Shown here: positions 1-12,560 of the stretch, in pieces | Layout of the letters: each line of letters starts with the position of its first letter | How positions within the stretch are numbered: position 1 is the stretch's first letter | NCBI GenBank assembly: GCA_951406725.2 | Contig: OX597839.1 | Coordinates: 34,534,001-34,598,000 of the forward strand | Direction: 5' to 3' | From: Octopus vulgaris | Lineage: Eukaryota | Length of the DNA: 64,000 nt | The notes under the pieces: model-generated | Database searches by the model: none | Seen by the model: the letters and a program-made list of their open reading frames with translations, nothing else | Told to the model about the DNA's origin: nothing | Position numbers and translations under genes: made by a program

Positions 1-1754
1 GAGGTCGACTTTCATCCGTTTTGGGGTTCAATAAAATAAGTACCAGTTATGCACTGGGGTCGATGTAATTGACTTAGCCCATCCCTGTGAGCTTGCTGGC
101 CTTGTGCTAAAATATGAAACCAAGTTACTAGAATTGTCAGATCATCAGACAGAATATTTTGTGGTGTTTGCTCTGAGTTCAAACCTTGCTGAGGTCATTT
201 TTGCTTTTTATCTATCCTTTCATCAGCATCATCACCATCATCAACCCCTGGACAATACTGTCTCAAGTCCTAGGAAGACTCCTAGAGCTGTCTACCTGGT
301 TTCCTTGGCATGTAAGTGACCGAGATCACAGCATTCTTCCTGAATGAGATGTCAGTCCTTTGTAAGCTTTCTCATTTAACCAGCTGGAAGCTGAGGGCAA
401 TGTGAAATGAAGTGTTTTGCTCAAGAGCACAAAACACCACCCTGTCTGGGAATCGAACCCACGATCTTACAATGATGAATGCAACACTAAGACACACACA
501 CACACACATGTAATTATATATATATCCTAAAGGACCCAAGGTCTTGCCAGAACCCTAGGCTCCTATGGCCAGTTTGCCAGATTCTGTGGTGTGTATATTC
601 ACTCCCTGGATAGGACACCAGCTCATTGCAGGATAACTCACTTTTGCCAGCTGGGTGGACTGGAGCAACATGAAATGAAATACTTTGCTCAAAAACAAAA
701 CACATCACCTAGTCTGGGGATTGAAACCGCAGTCTTACAGTCATGAGTGCAACACCCTAACCACTTGACCATGCTCTTTTTCTATCATACTCTGGTAATC
801 AATAAAAACAAAAATGACCAATCAAAAGCAACGGATTGGGGAAACTGTAAGGAAGTCAGACCAATAGCTTTGCAGTATTTGTTCTAAGTCTCACCATTCT
901 GAGTTCAAATCTCAGCATGGCCCTAGTTAAATGGTTGGTTTACTCTGTTCACTCAGTTTAGCACCTCCACCACATGACCCCTTGGGTATATTTTGTAGAA
1001 CCCCCACACGCTCTTGTAAGCATTTAGGCCAAGATTCTGGTTTGACGATACCTTCCTCCCATCAGTCCTGGAAGCCCTGTAAAGGATCAGGGGCAAGGTC
1101 TTCCCTCCTAAAGTCAAAGTATAGTAATAATAATAATATTAATAATGGTTTCAAATTTTGGCATAGAGCCAGTAGTTTTTGAGGGGATGAGGAAACCAAT
1201 TGCATTGACCTTGGTATTTCATTTTATCGACCTCTAAAAAGATGAAAGACAAAAAAAAAAAAATTGACTGTGGTGGAATTTGAACTCAGAATGTAAAGAC
1301 ATGAAATGCCAGCAAGTATTGTCCAGAATGCTAACGAGTCTGCCACCTCACTGCCTTCGATGAAATAATAATAAGGAAAATAGCACCACTAGGCACTGCA
1401 CACATCCTGCATAAAACACTTTCAATACAGCAAAGATAAGAGCACCACAGCACATATCCAAGGCACACAGAGCTGTTCTTGGTAGTGAAGTGAAAGCAAG
1501 TGGTGAAAATAAGACTACTGGTTGATAATAATAATAATAATAATGTTTTGGGGCATCTGTCTTTTTGTAAACACTACAACTTCCTGGACTTCAGACAGAC
1601 CAAGGTAGCCTGTGTACCCCAATAAGGGCTTCTCTCGCTGCGAGGCCCCACATCCTGTTTATTTCAATTTCTACATCTTTGTAGTTTGTATTTCTTCTTA
1701 CCTCCCTTGGGTGCCACTCTTCTGCTAGACTGTGATATATTTCCACACTGAAAG

Positions 1755-1787
<33 letters not shown>

Positions 1788-1793
1788 CAATCA

Positions 1794-1827
<34 letters not shown>

Positions 1828-3985
1828 CTATCACTCTCTCCCTCTCTCTTTCTTTAGTCCTGTGCTACCAATCATTTTCACCAATCTCATTACCACTGCT
1901 AATGCTACCACTACTACTAACGCCACTACTAACCACTGCCCGATATTGCTGTTGTCTTGGGAGCTGTTTCACTACTTCTCATCTGCCCATTCTGATAAAT
2001 CCTCTCTTATATAACTCTAAATATATTCACTGCTACAACTTCGACCATTGTTGTTGAGGTTAAGCTTTTGCCCACCTGATCATTGTTAGCAATATTGACA
2101 TGCATTGCTCTTTCACTCAATGATAATAATATTTTGTCTTGGTATAAAAGATGGCCTACAGCAAATATTCTGCTCAATACCACAGATTTGCTTGTCAGTT
2201 GTTTGACCTTAAATAGTTGAGCATGTCCCTTGGTGGCTGACGATATTTGCATCTCTGATCACGAGCAGAAGTAGTTGGGGGAGCATCATAGCCATGTGTT
2301 GAGAGGGATTCTTTGGGGTTTGAATAATTCACTTCTGGAAACATGGGTGTTTCGTTCAACATCCTTAAACAACCCTTATTCAGGGACCTTTTGAGCGGGA
2401 TGGGCTACTCAACCTGAAGAAAATTCTAACTGGGCCCCCACCTGCAAGGTCATGTGCTGTTTATCTTGATATGAGATCACCATGTCCCGCACATATGGTT
2501 GTGATGCATGTGCCTGGTGTACCCTTATGAGACGGGTAGTCATGATTGGTATACTGGTCTTCGTATATTTTACCCCAGTGTCACTTTGATGGCATGAACT
2601 GCTCTCTAACTCAATAATAATAATAATAATATCATTTGTAATACAGGCTTCACCCTTCAGCATTCAGATTTCTTTGTCAAGTGTAATCCTTATTTATTTA
2701 CATTGTTCTGAATTAATCATGCTTCATCTTGTAGCTTTAAGGTTTTCCTGGTCCTTGTAGGGTCAGTGTGAGAGGTTGGCCCTGGACAGTTTGAATTTAA
2801 AACAAGTATGGCATTTGGGGCTGAATGTGGCCAGCTTAGATGTTAAGGCCAGAAATTTTGGGGGTGAGAGTTTAGTCAATTACATCGCCCCACCCCCACC
2901 CCCTTTGTATTTGATAGGTGTTTTATTCTATTATCCCCTGAATGGATAAAAAGCAAAAGGATTTGAATTCAGAGCAAGATCCCAAACAAATACAACAAGG
3001 TATTTTTGCCTGATGCTCTTGCAATTCTACATTGATGATGATGATGGTGGTGGTGATGATGGTGATGAATTTCTTTTGGACAAATTACAAAAATGCACAA
3101 GCACAGGAGGGAATAAGGGTATATAAAATAAAGTGCATTGTCCCAGGAGTGGTGCAAAGGGCCTATTTTTCTAGTGTCAATCAAAGGACACCACAGATCC
3201 AGGGTAGCTGCCCTTGCCCATCTACGTGACATGACCTACAGCTGTTTCCTGGAAACAGACCTATTTGTGCTGCTCTTTTCATACAGCTTTCACTTAATTT
3301 TCTGGAAGACAGCACCACCCCATTCCACTCTTAATCCCCACCCACAAATAGAACATGAAGAACTTGATGGGAGCTTCACCATGGCCACAGAGAAAAGTGT
3401 CTGGTTTCAGTCCGTCCAATTACAGTCTCCAGGGCTCCCAGACAGGAAAACAGCTTACCCTTCTCTTTCTATGAACTAAGCAGTATTTCTAGAGCACCTT
3501 ATATATTTTGTCCTGCCAGGGTGGGACCACTAGCATGGCTAGGGGGTGGGGTCAGTAGGTGCAGTCCGCCCTTGGTGGCACTTTTGGGTCTGTGTTTTTT
3601 GTGGGGTCTGGGGGCAGCAAACAGAAGGGCTTCCCTTGACGGCACACACTCTAGTTACGCCAGTGGGTGGGACTTTGCCTTCCATTCTTCCTGGATGTAA
3701 AGTACCCTTTGCATACCCTGGCACTCATCTAATTCATGGTCTGTTCCTTCAAAATTATCATTAAGGTAATCAAGACAGTGAGCCAGCAGAATCGTTAGCA
3801 CACCAGGTGAAGTGTTTACCGACATTTCATCCGCCTTTACGTCCAGAGTTCAAATTCTGCTGGGGTCAACTTTGCCTTTCGTCCTTTCGGGGTCAATAAA
3901 ATAAATACCAGTCGAGTACTGGGGTCAGTGTAATTGCCTAGACCCCTTCTCACAAATTTCAGGCCTTGTGCCTATAGTAGAAAGG

Positions 3986-4312
<327 letters not shown>

Positions 4313-6650
4313 AAGGTGGTAAGTTGGCTGAATCACTAAATACTTCACATTTTTTCAGCTCTTTATGTTATGAGTTCAAATCCTGCTGAGGTCAACTGTG
4401 CCTTTGATTCTTTCAGGGTCAATGAAATAAAGTACGAGTCAAGTACTGGGATCAGAGGTATCAACTAACCCCCCTCCCATCAGAATTGATGCTCTTCAAG
4501 TGAAATCAGAAACAATTCTTTTCAAATCAAAAAATATTTTAAAAAATATACATTAGAAAAATTGTTCAATTTTTTGGATTTTCTTTTCACAAAACAATCA
4601 ATAAACAATATTTAAAAACTTAAAAAATAAAAATATATTAAAAAAAAACACCCACCCACCCTTATCTCTCTCTTAACCCAAACTTAACGCCAGAAGTTTC
4701 CAGCTAAATGGTTTTTAAGAAGAAGAAAAAAAACATTCCAAAAATTGGTGCTTAGTCATTCCAAATAAGGATAAAATAATCACAGTAACTTGTTTTTGTT
4801 GTTTTCTGGACTTTAGTCCCACCTCTCTTTATCTATCGCTATCCTTGTCCCTTCCCCCCCTCTCTGTTCCCCTCTCACATTAGGTTGTCAGGTAAATCCA
4901 TTGATTTTTCTCTTCCTGTCCCTCCATCATCAGATGTCTGAAAAAAGGTAAAAATTTATTTGAATTTCAAAAAACCATAAAACAAAAAGATGTAAAAGAA
5001 GAATAAAGCTACACAAAAAAAAAAATATGTGAAGAAAAAAAACCCCAAAAAATAAAACATTACAATGAAAATATTTTCCCTGTTAATTTCAAATAGCATT
5101 AGAAAGGATTGAAAATAAACGAAAAAAGAAAACATCTGCTTGACAACCGATGCTGGTGTGTTTACGTCCCCCGTCACTTAGCGGTTCGGCAAAAGAGACC
5201 GATAGAATAAGTACTGGGCTTACAAAGAATAAGTCCCGGGGTCGAGTTGCTCGATTAAAGGCGGTGCTCCAGCATGGCCGCAGTCAAATGACTGAAACAA
5301 GTAAAAGAGTATCTGGCAACCTAAATAAAGTAAATATTTTTAAGAAATTTCAATAACCCCATCAACTAAGTTGATAAACACTGCCACCAAACCTGAGTGT
5401 TTCTAAACTGGACTCTTTGCACCTATTCTTTTTAATATCATTATTATTATTATTATTATCATTATTATTATTATTATTATTATTATTTTGTGTGTGTATG
5501 CTCTTTAAATAAAAAACAATTTAATCTCTGCTGTTTATCCATAATCTTCAACTATGATTAACACTTTTCAGTAATGACAATCTTTTTATTTACTTTTATT
5601 AATAAACGTTTCGTTAATGCAAATAATTGACAACTGTTGATGGTTTCTATTGTTTAAGGTGTTTTGTTTTATGCTGGTGTCTCTCAAAACGAGCAGTAAA
5701 CTTTCTCCTGCCCATCAAGGGACAGTAGAAAACTTTATATGGGTACTGGAGTCAAAGGGAACGGTAGAGGGCAATCAGGGTTTTTTTTAGTATTTTTAAC
5801 CTATTTAATACCAAGTTTTATGACAATATTATCAATGATATTAATAATCATAGATTTTGGAATGTGTATTAATCTCTCTATATATAAAGCTGAAGTTGTC
5901 TGTGTATGGCAGGTTTGGTAGCCTTCAACTAACACTATCTCCTCCGAGACCCTGCAGCGCAAGTTGACCAAAATTGAGAGTATGATAGAAGAAGGCTTGC
6001 TCTTCCTTCCGTAGAAGATAAAATTCAAATCGGACCGTGTTAACACCAAAAATTATTTACATCAAAAAGGTGCTTTTTTTCTATGAAAATCTCCAAGATT
6101 TAAAAACCGGTTAAGGCCCTTCATTTTTTTCCCCCCAATGTATGGAGAAATGGTTAAATCAGCCCAGTTTGTCTATCTGCTGTGTAAATTAATTTTATAA
6201 AGGTGGTGGCATAGCTGTGTGGTGAGAAGCTTGCTGCCCAACCACATGATTCCAGGTTCAGTCCCACTGTGTGGCACCTCAGGCAAGTATCTTCTATAGC
6301 CTCAGGCCAACCAAAGCCCTGAAAATGGATTTTGGTAGACGGAAACTGAAAAGAAGCCTGTCATATATATATGTGTGTGTGTATCTATGTATTTTGCTAA
6401 GATAATTTCTCATTTTTTGGGGGGATGTTTAATTTATCATTCGCCATGAAAACCTTAAATGAATATTTACTAATCATTAAATCATTAAATTTCTTAATTT
6501 CTCTCTCTCCCTCCGTCTCTCTCACTCTCAGCTTCCGTTTCTTCTAAATTCTTCATGGAATTTTGCTAAGCTAAACTTCTCTTTCCATCATTGTTCTGAA
6601 ATCCCCTCAAAATTAAACCTTGCTTCCAGTTGTAGCATATCTAAAAAAAC

Positions 6651-6992
6651 ACTTCGGATCTATTCAATTTGACGGCCAGATTTTTTAATTAAATTTTTTT
6701 AACTAAACGCTTTGAAACTTTGAATACTGGTAGAATGTGTCCCATAGAACAGGATTTACTCTCAACATTTTTGACAAAACTTTGTATTTTAGAAGTTATT
6801 TCGTGTTAAACCTATCTTCAAAGACATTCCAGCCTTGAGCAAACTGTCTTTTTAGGGATAATCTAGGATATTATGTACAATGATCGTGTGATTTAGGTAG
6901 GGGGATACTTTGGCTGCTATTTTTAGCGTGTCGAGTGACCAGGTAGAGGCTGTTTCATTGGCTTGATTGCGTGATGAGATTTTTTTACACAT

Positions 6993-7034
<42 letters not shown>

Positions 7035-7414
7035 ATGTGTGGAGGCGCAATGGCCCAGTGGTCAGGGCAGCGGACTCGCGGTTTCGATTCCCAAACCGGG
7101 CGTTGTGAGTGTTTATTGAGCGAAAACGCCTAAAGCTCCACGAGGCTCCGGCAGGGGATGGTGGTGATCCCTGCTGTACTCTTTCACCACAACTTTCTCT
7201 CACTCTTACTTCCTGTTTCTGTTGTACCTGTATTTCAAAGGGCCGGCCTTGTCACTCTCTGTGTCACGCTGAATATCCCTGAGAACTACGTTAAGGGTAC
7301 AGGTGTCTGTGGAGTGCTCAGTCACTTACACGTTAATTTCACGAGCAGGCTGTTCCGTTGATTCGGATCAACTGGAACCCTTGTCGTCGTAACCGACGGA
7401 GTGCTTCCACATAT

Positions 7415-7490
<76 letters not shown>

Positions 7491-7828
7491 TTGGCACTTA
7501 TCAAATACGAATTTGGTCATTGTTACTCTGTAATTTCTGCCTATTATTAATGTGTGTGTATATATGTATATATATAATGGACCCGGAAGTTGGTCGCAAA
7601 CAGCCGCAGTAATATTCTTCGGCTGAATACTCGGTCATTGACTGATTAAAATTACCCAAACGCTACAACTTTAACACAAATAACTTGTAAAATACAAAAT
7701 TTTGTCAAAAACCTCAAGAGTAAACCCTGTTCTATGTGACCTATTCTACCAGTATCGGAAATTCGAAAGTGTTTAGTTTTAACAAAATTAATTAAAAAAT
7801 CTGGCCGTGAAACCGAATCGAGCCGACG
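6651..7828. mobile_element. Decayed element with long (about 160 bp) imperfect inverted repeats and a SINE inside
   Basis: 6651-6810 is the diverged reverse complement of 7670-7828. Confidence 0.55.
7041..7410 (+). mobile_element. SINE family C (tRNA head GGAGGCGCAATGGCCCAGTGG...GTTTCGATTCCC)
   Basis: A and B boxes; head shared with 39480-39659 and 11950-12128; inserted in (TA)n. Confidence 0.84.
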
Positions 7829-8229
7829 TTTCAGTCACGTCGTCCGTTCTCTTCTGGTTTCCACGTGGTTCCTTCTAATGTCGCTGGTCCCAGACGGAAA
7901 AAAAAAACGATGCCTCGCCAAGATAAGATATTTTTCATACATTCGTTCGCTATTAATACTTTTTAAATGGATTATTATTTACTAACATCTAGTTTCGTTA
8001 AGCTAACCATTTTAATTGACTACTAACTCAATATATAACTTCTTAATCTCTCTCAGACTTCGTTCCTCCTTAATTCTTCATGAAATTTTGCTAAGATAAT
8101 TTCTCGTTTTTTGTATGTTTAATTTATCGTTGGCCATGAACTCTTAAATTAAAAATTACTCCGGATAGGCAAGAAACTACGTTCTGAAAGTTTTTAATTC
8201 AACAAGCATAGAGACATGTGTATGTACAT

Positions 8230-8430
8230 CAGTGCTTTTCAAACTTTTTGCTGGAGCGGAACCCCAAGGAAACATTCCACTGGCTCGGGGAACCCCTGTG
8301 CAATAATTTAATAGTCTTATGCACACATATCTGCACAGGAGGATTAAAAATTACTGCCGATTTTAGCAGTTTTGTAACTTCTTGCGGAACCCCTGGACTG
8401 TACTGGCGGAACCCTGGTTGAAAACCACTG
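8230..8430. mobile_element. hAT-type MITE, second copy
   Basis: Near-identical to 41483-41683; TSD not intact. Confidence 0.82.
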
Positions 8431-8725
8431 GTATAAAGATATATATTAGACGTGAATGTCTTCCTTGGGACTAAGAACAACAGTAAGACCGTCTTTCTAT
8501 GGAACGGCCACATTTAGTTGACGAATATATTTTAGGAATAAACACGGACAGGGATAAATAGAAAGATAAATAAATGAAAAAGTTCAAAATTGTGGGAGGG
8601 GATGAAATTTGAACCCCTTATTAAACTTAATAACGAATTATTAAATATTAATGTTTGTTTCTCATCAAAATGGTTTATATTTATATTTCGTTTTTGGATT
8701 TGGTTTGCAAGATTCTTTATATGAG

Positions 8726-9105
8726 TTCTGTTGTGTCTGGGGAGAGTCATTTTCTTTTGGGGCCTTGTAATTTGACACACTCACCGCTAAAATTTCCACT
8801 TATTTCTTATTTCTATTGTCCTAAAACTTTCGTTGCCTCTTGCAAACCTTTTCAAGAGTCTCGAAAGGAATATTGAAAGAGTCAAGAGTCAAGACTGTTG
8901 AAACGGTTGCAAGAGGCAGCGAAAATTTTAGGACAATAAAAATAAGGAATAAGTGGAAATTTTACCGGGGTATTAGTCGTGGAGACTGGACCCGGTGCGC
9001 GCAGACGCGCATCCGCGCTAGCCAGTCGTAGGTAGTACCTTTTACCGGTGAGTGTGTTAATTACAAGGCCCCAAAAGAGAACGGCTCTCCCCAGACACAA
9101 CAGAA
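8726..9105. mobile_element. Foldback (long palindromic) element
   Basis: Arms of about 140 bp: TTCTGTTGTGTCTGGGGAGAG... / ...CTCTCCCCAGACACAACAGAA. A related copy lies at 42126-43079. Confidence 0.7.
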
Positions 9106-9555
9106 GGTGTATATTTAATTTACATTAAATTATCATTTACGATTATAAACACAAGTAAAACGCGAATTCTTTTCACTTCAAATGTTTTTGTCTGGATTTA
9201 ATTTCGATTTGCAAATGTTCGTCAGTTCGCTTCGATCTCTTGAAAGTAAACAAAATCGAAAATTGAAACGAAGGGGGGTGAAATAAAAATATCTTTTGCC
9301 TATTCGTAATCTCTGACATCTAAAACGTAGGAATCTGAGAAAATATATATATTTTTTTAAATACATTTTTCACGGAGAGATGCGAAACCGCATCAGCCCC
9401 ATTTCGTAAATCAATCGTTAAATTTCCTAATCTCTCTCAGCCTTCGTTTCTCCTAAATTCTTCATGGAATGTTTTGCTAAGATAAACCTCTTCTTCCAAC
9501 ATTTTGTCCTGAAATCCCCTTGTACCATTTCTCAAAATTAAAACCTTGCTTACTG

Positions 9556-9956
9556 TTACTCTTTGACTTGTTTCAGTCATTTCACTGCGGCCATGCTGGA
9601 GCACCGCCTTTATAGTCGAGCAAATCGACCCCAGAACTTATTCTTTGTAGGCCTAGTAGTTATTCCATCGGTCTACTTTGCCGAACCGCTAAGTTACGAG
9701 GACGTAAACACAAGCATCGGTTGTCAAGCGATGTTGGGGGAGACAAACACAGACACACAAACATAAACACACATATATATATGTACATATATACGACAGG
9801 CTTCTTTCAGTTTCTGTCTACCAAATCCACTCACAAGGCTTTGGTCAGCCCGAGGCTATAGCAGAAGACACTTGCCCAAGATGCCACGCAGTGGGACTGA
9901 ACCCGGAACCATGTGGTTGGTAAGCAAGCTACTTACCACCCAGCCACTCCTGCGCC
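9556..9956 (-). mobile_element. SINE family A
   Basis: Reverse complement of 21989-22382. Confidence 0.86.
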
Positions 9957-10233
9957 TAAACCACGCGCTCCTTTCTCTTCTGTTCACATGCAGTTCCTTC
10001 TCAACCTTATAATTTTGGGTCCCCTGCTTTGATTGGAGCCTCCAGCTGTATGAAAATTTCCTGTCCCCACCCTGTCAGAAAACAGCTTCTAAGCAAGTGG
10101 TTGTTTTAATGGCAGAAGAAAGAGGGGAATTCCATTAGAAAAAGTTTTAATCAATTTTCCAAAATAGTAAATATATATATATAACTAGGTAGAGTGTGTA
10201 GTTAAGTGTGTGTGTATGTATATGTGTGTGTGC

Positions 10234-10267
<34 letters not shown>

Positions 10268-10723
10268 ATGTCTCGAAACATATGTTGAGAGTAAAGGAAT
10301 TTTGTTAACATCTTCGTTCAACTCCATTCATTTATTTATTCATATATAACACACAAATTTCTGCACATAAACCCGGAGTTTCTACCCTTGGACAGGTCGG
10401 TTCAACCGTGTTTCTGACGTGAATTTGCTACCCTGGTATCGGTTCATCGAATTTTCCATGTTGACGGTAAACATAGGATAATTCATTCACCTATCAATAT
10501 ATATATATATTTATATATATATATTTGAACAGATTGATGGTCTGCAACTGGTGACGTTTTTGGCATTTCCTGTCAAGAAATGGTCCATTAGTTCAGCATT
10601 TTACAACAGTTAAGTGTTGGCAGAAAGGAAAGCATCCAATTATAAATAACCTGTCTCAAATACCTCCACCCCATTATAAACCCTGGGAAGCCTAAGAGAC
10701 CAGATATTAAATTAATGTGTGTG

Positions 10724-10764
<41 letters not shown>

Positions 10765-11089
10765 CCAAAAAATAAGCAACAAGAATGGATCAGTAGTTTA
10801 GTACAATTGTTTCATACTATAACAATTTATTACAGCAAATATAATGTTAAGATGCGAACTTAATCGTGGTCTGATTCGGCATCTTTCTTCATGTTTCCTG
10901 AAATTTATATCCACATCTTTATGAGTAGATTTACCTTCTCTGGGATGTCACTAATTAATTTAAGAACTTTGTATTGTTGGAAAGCATATATGGTCTGCTT
11001 GGAATCCTGCTTCAAGTTCCTGGAGCTCACATCTATAACTTTATAAGTATATTTACACTCTCTAAGATGTTTGGAAAATCTATATGAAA

Positions 11090-11162
11090 TTAGCTGAAGA
11101 TTACTTGACATTATATTTGCAGCTTTAAATAAAATGTTTATAGTATGAAACAATTGTACTAA
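11090..11162 (+). ncRNA. Hammerhead-like motif within a Penelope-like inverted repeat (10760-11200)
   Basis: TTAG-CTGAAGA-long stem II-GAAA-CAATTG-TA-CTAA; the base of stem II is a T.T mismatch. Confidence 0.45.
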
Positions 11163-11297
11163 ACTACTGATCCAATCTTGTTGCTTATTTTTTGGTTATA
11201 ATCACCCCACATAATTTTATGGGTAATACCATAAAAAAATTCTGGTGCATCTAAGTTAAGTACCATATTCATTTGAATCTAAATTGTTTTGCTGAAA

Positions 11298-11693
11298 TCT
11301 TTATATACAAAAGTGAGGTTGTGTGCTGTCTGTCTCCTACGATTTAGATTCCTAACTACTCCCACATTTTGCAGTGCAGTTTAACCAAAAGCGGGTATCT
11401 TATAGTCGTGATTCATATCGAGACCGTCTGGGTATTAGCGTGCATCTACGATGAGTCTACGATTTAAAAAATAATTTACCATCAATTTTTCCCATTTTTA
11501 ATGCATTTTTGGCATATATAAGGGAAGTAACTCTCTAAAAATTTATTATTAAATCTCAGAACGTAAAAAGCTACAGTAACCCCCCCCCTTTGTGGTTAGC
11601 CATATTGAGATGGCTATTATACTTTACATCTCTAAAAATGCTTATACAGTTATTTCCCTTACAAACCCGAGCAACGCCGGGCGATACTGCTAG
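11298..11693 (+). mobile_element. Non-autonomous Helitron
   Basis: A|TC 5' end, subterminal hairpin CCCGAGCAACGCCGGG, CTAG|T 3' end, no TSD. Confidence 0.82.
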
Positions 11694-11698
11694 TTTTA

Positions 11699-11731
<33 letters not shown>

Positions 11732-11855
11732 GCATACACCCGCTTACTAATTAATTTGGAGCATTTAACTTTTACTAAAAGAAAGCAATTATGTAAGTCT
11801 ACACTACCTAGTTTGTGTGTATGTATGTGTAGATGTTTGTTCCTTCTCGATCCAT

Positions 11856-12128
11856 GCCTGGCTCCTAAGGGCCAGTTTCCTTGGCGTATAAGTTCCTGAT
11901 CTGGACGGGACGCCGGTCCATCGCAGGTGAGCTGCAAGATGCAGGAGGAAAGAGTGAGAGAAGGTTGTGGCAAAAGAGTCAGCAGAAGTTTTGCCATTAT
12001 CTTCTGCCGGAGCAACATGGAGCTTAGGTGTTTCACTCATAAACACACACATCGCCCGGTCTGAGATTTGAACCCGCGATCCCTCGACCGTGAGTCCGCT
12101 GCTCTAACCACTAGGCCACGTGTCTCTA
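11856..12128 (-). mobile_element. SINE family C variant with a V-SINE-like domain
   Basis: tRNA head followed by CTGCGATGGACCGGCGTCCCGTCCAG. Confidence 0.78.
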
Positions 12129-12560
12129 CGTATGTGTAGATGAGGGATACAGAAAATGGATTTGGTACGAATCTTAATTCAACACAATTGTTTCAACCCA
12201 TCCTGCAGCTGTCTTTTAGGGGTAGAATATTGTGCATGTCCTGTTGTAACAGAAACACAACCAGTAGGACACCAAACACCGACTGCACTGATTGATGCAA
12301 CACAACTAGATGCACAAAACCCATAAGGGACAGAAGCAGAATGCGTCCAACCGATCGTTGTGTTGAATAAAGATTTGTACCAAAATTCCATTTTCTGTTT
12401 TCCCATTAATTATAAACTAAATGAACACTGCAGAATTCCTGATGTAGCTTCAATGAAACTTATATCATTGCTGTGGATAACATCAGGTAGCCTAAATGGT
12501 GGAAGTGCTTTGATCGGCATCCTAATGGACATATACCCAAAGTCTAAATAATATATATAT

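Larger units (their letters stand above)
7575..9420. promoter_or_regulatory. CpG-retaining region, possible promoter
   Basis: Visible CpG enrichment in non-SINE sequence; CCGGAAGT (ETS) at 7583; GCGC-rich patch near 9000. Confidence 0.3.
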
